Assembly: GCA_013239625.1 (NCBI GenBank)
Contig: MU053652.1
Coordinates: 1,800,001-1,864,000, forward strand
Direction of reading: 5' to 3'
Source of the DNA: Lama guanicoe
Taxonomy: Eukaryota
DNA: 64,000 bases
The translations under genes and the position numbers were made by a program. The notes beneath the pieces were generated by a model. That model saw only the letters and a list, made by a program, of their open reading frames with translations, was not told where the DNA came from and searched no databases. Below, one piece after another: positions 62,769-64,000 of the stretch. Every line of letters starts with the position of its first letter. Positions within the stretch are counted from its first letter, which is position 1.

Positions 62769-64000
62769 ACATTTTTATCTTTTCCCGGCTTTTCCCGTTT
62801 CTCTCCCTTCTCACGAACTGGGCTCTCGGGCTCTAGGCCTGACCCTGGTCCCTCTTCTGTGCCGTTCCATCTCTAGGCCCAGGCTGAATTCTTGGTCTGA
62901 ACTCTTCTGAGTTCAGGAAAGGAGGGTCCTTTTGATCTGAGCCTCAAGGTCACAGCTGGTCTTCAGGGTCAAGTTTCCTTCCTTCCCGCTCCCTGCCCCC
63001 ACCCCGGGTTCATTCGACTCAGCGCTCCCAAGGCTGTCTCTCCTCTATCCCACGTGCACAGAGGCCTCTTCAGCTCCGAGCTTAGCTTCCCCTGCCTTAA
63101 TCTGTAGTTCCTTGTCCTTCTCTGAAAGTCACCAATTTCACTAAAATTATTAAAGTTCTGCCTCTTGCCTGCTGTCACCTTTCAGACGTATGTACGATTC
63201 TTACCTGGGTTCCTGGATTACATCGTTTTGCATCTGCTCAGGTGGTTCTTAGCGTAGGAGCCATTGTTTAATCTGGTTTGATTATTGCATCTGTAACAAT
63301 CAAATGAACGCTGACAGCTCGATATTCCTCAGTTCACAGTGGTGTAGAGGAGACAGTTCATTTACATATCGTTTTGCTCCAGAACAGTGAAGACTAAACT
63401 CTCAAACATTTGGCACCCTTTTTGCTTCTCTAGGGTAGCAACTTTAAGCTGCATTTTGAGACTAGGTGGTGCTAGAGTGACCGGATGGGGCCAGGGAAGA
63501 AATGGTTAGAACACCTAGTTATTTTTCTGTTTAAAACAAGAACTTAGGCTTCACTCCTATGTAATATGCAGTGGATACTGGGTGTTCTTTTGCTGCCTTG
63601 GTCTGCATGTCAGCTGTCCATGTGTCAGGAAGGCGTGGAGGGACATGGGAAGGCCACATCTCCGGGTGGTAGACACTAGTGATCTTCCTGGCTGATTTAG
63701 CTTCACTACATGACAACAAATTTGCAATTTCTGTGCAACTGATGTTATCAATATTGTAAAAAGAAAAAAAACACAATCCCTTAAATACAATCTTTCCACT
63801 ATTTTGCAATGAGCTGGGAGGGAGCATGAAAACATTTTGTACAACCCAGAGGTTTTCTGGTTATAGAAATATAAAGATTTTTCTTTTAAAAGAACCAAAA
63901 TGTTCCACATTTGCTGACCTTTTCAGTTCTGACAAGCAGCTGTCAGAACTATGCCACTTTGCTGATAACTTTGAAAAATTAAACACTTCATCTGCCCCCT

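Larger units (their letters stand above)
53913..64000 (+). other. PLXNA4: Next PLXNA4 intron (5' part only)
   Basis: Follows the donor. No further plexin-like exon was seen before the window end. Confidence 0.8.

Noticed and set aside
1..64000. A novel multi-gene system, CRISPR array or prokaryotic operon
   Set aside because: The sequence is a repeat-laden mammalian intron. There are no regularly spaced repeat-spacer units and no ORF over about 220 aa.

Overview
This is mammalian genomic DNA, almost all intronic. The only supportable coding sequence is one 132-nt, phase 0/0 exon on the + strand at 53781-53912 ([44 protein letters not shown]), which I recognise as the C-terminal Sema-domain exon of plexin-A4 (PLXNA4). 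The window is therefore about 53.8 kb of the long upstream intron plus about 10 kb of the next intron. It is full of eutherian repeats: MIR, L2, L1M, hAT-Charlie and Tigger MITEs, and MLT1/MLT2/MER21 LTRs. A tRNA-derived Vic-1-like SINE and young L1 3' ends suggest a camelid (inference). Every other ORF in the track looks like chance or repeat-derived sequence. I found no convincing new multi-gene system. The best-supported unusual structures are a 5'-inverted (twin-primed) L1 nested in a MER33, a ~75-bp non-tandem duplication, a pentamer array with a ~99-bp higher-order unit, a four-site AP-1 cluster, and a long polypyrimidine/AG acceptor opening a 69-codon frame compatible with PLXNA4. Repeat family names come from motif recall and repeat boundaries are approximate.
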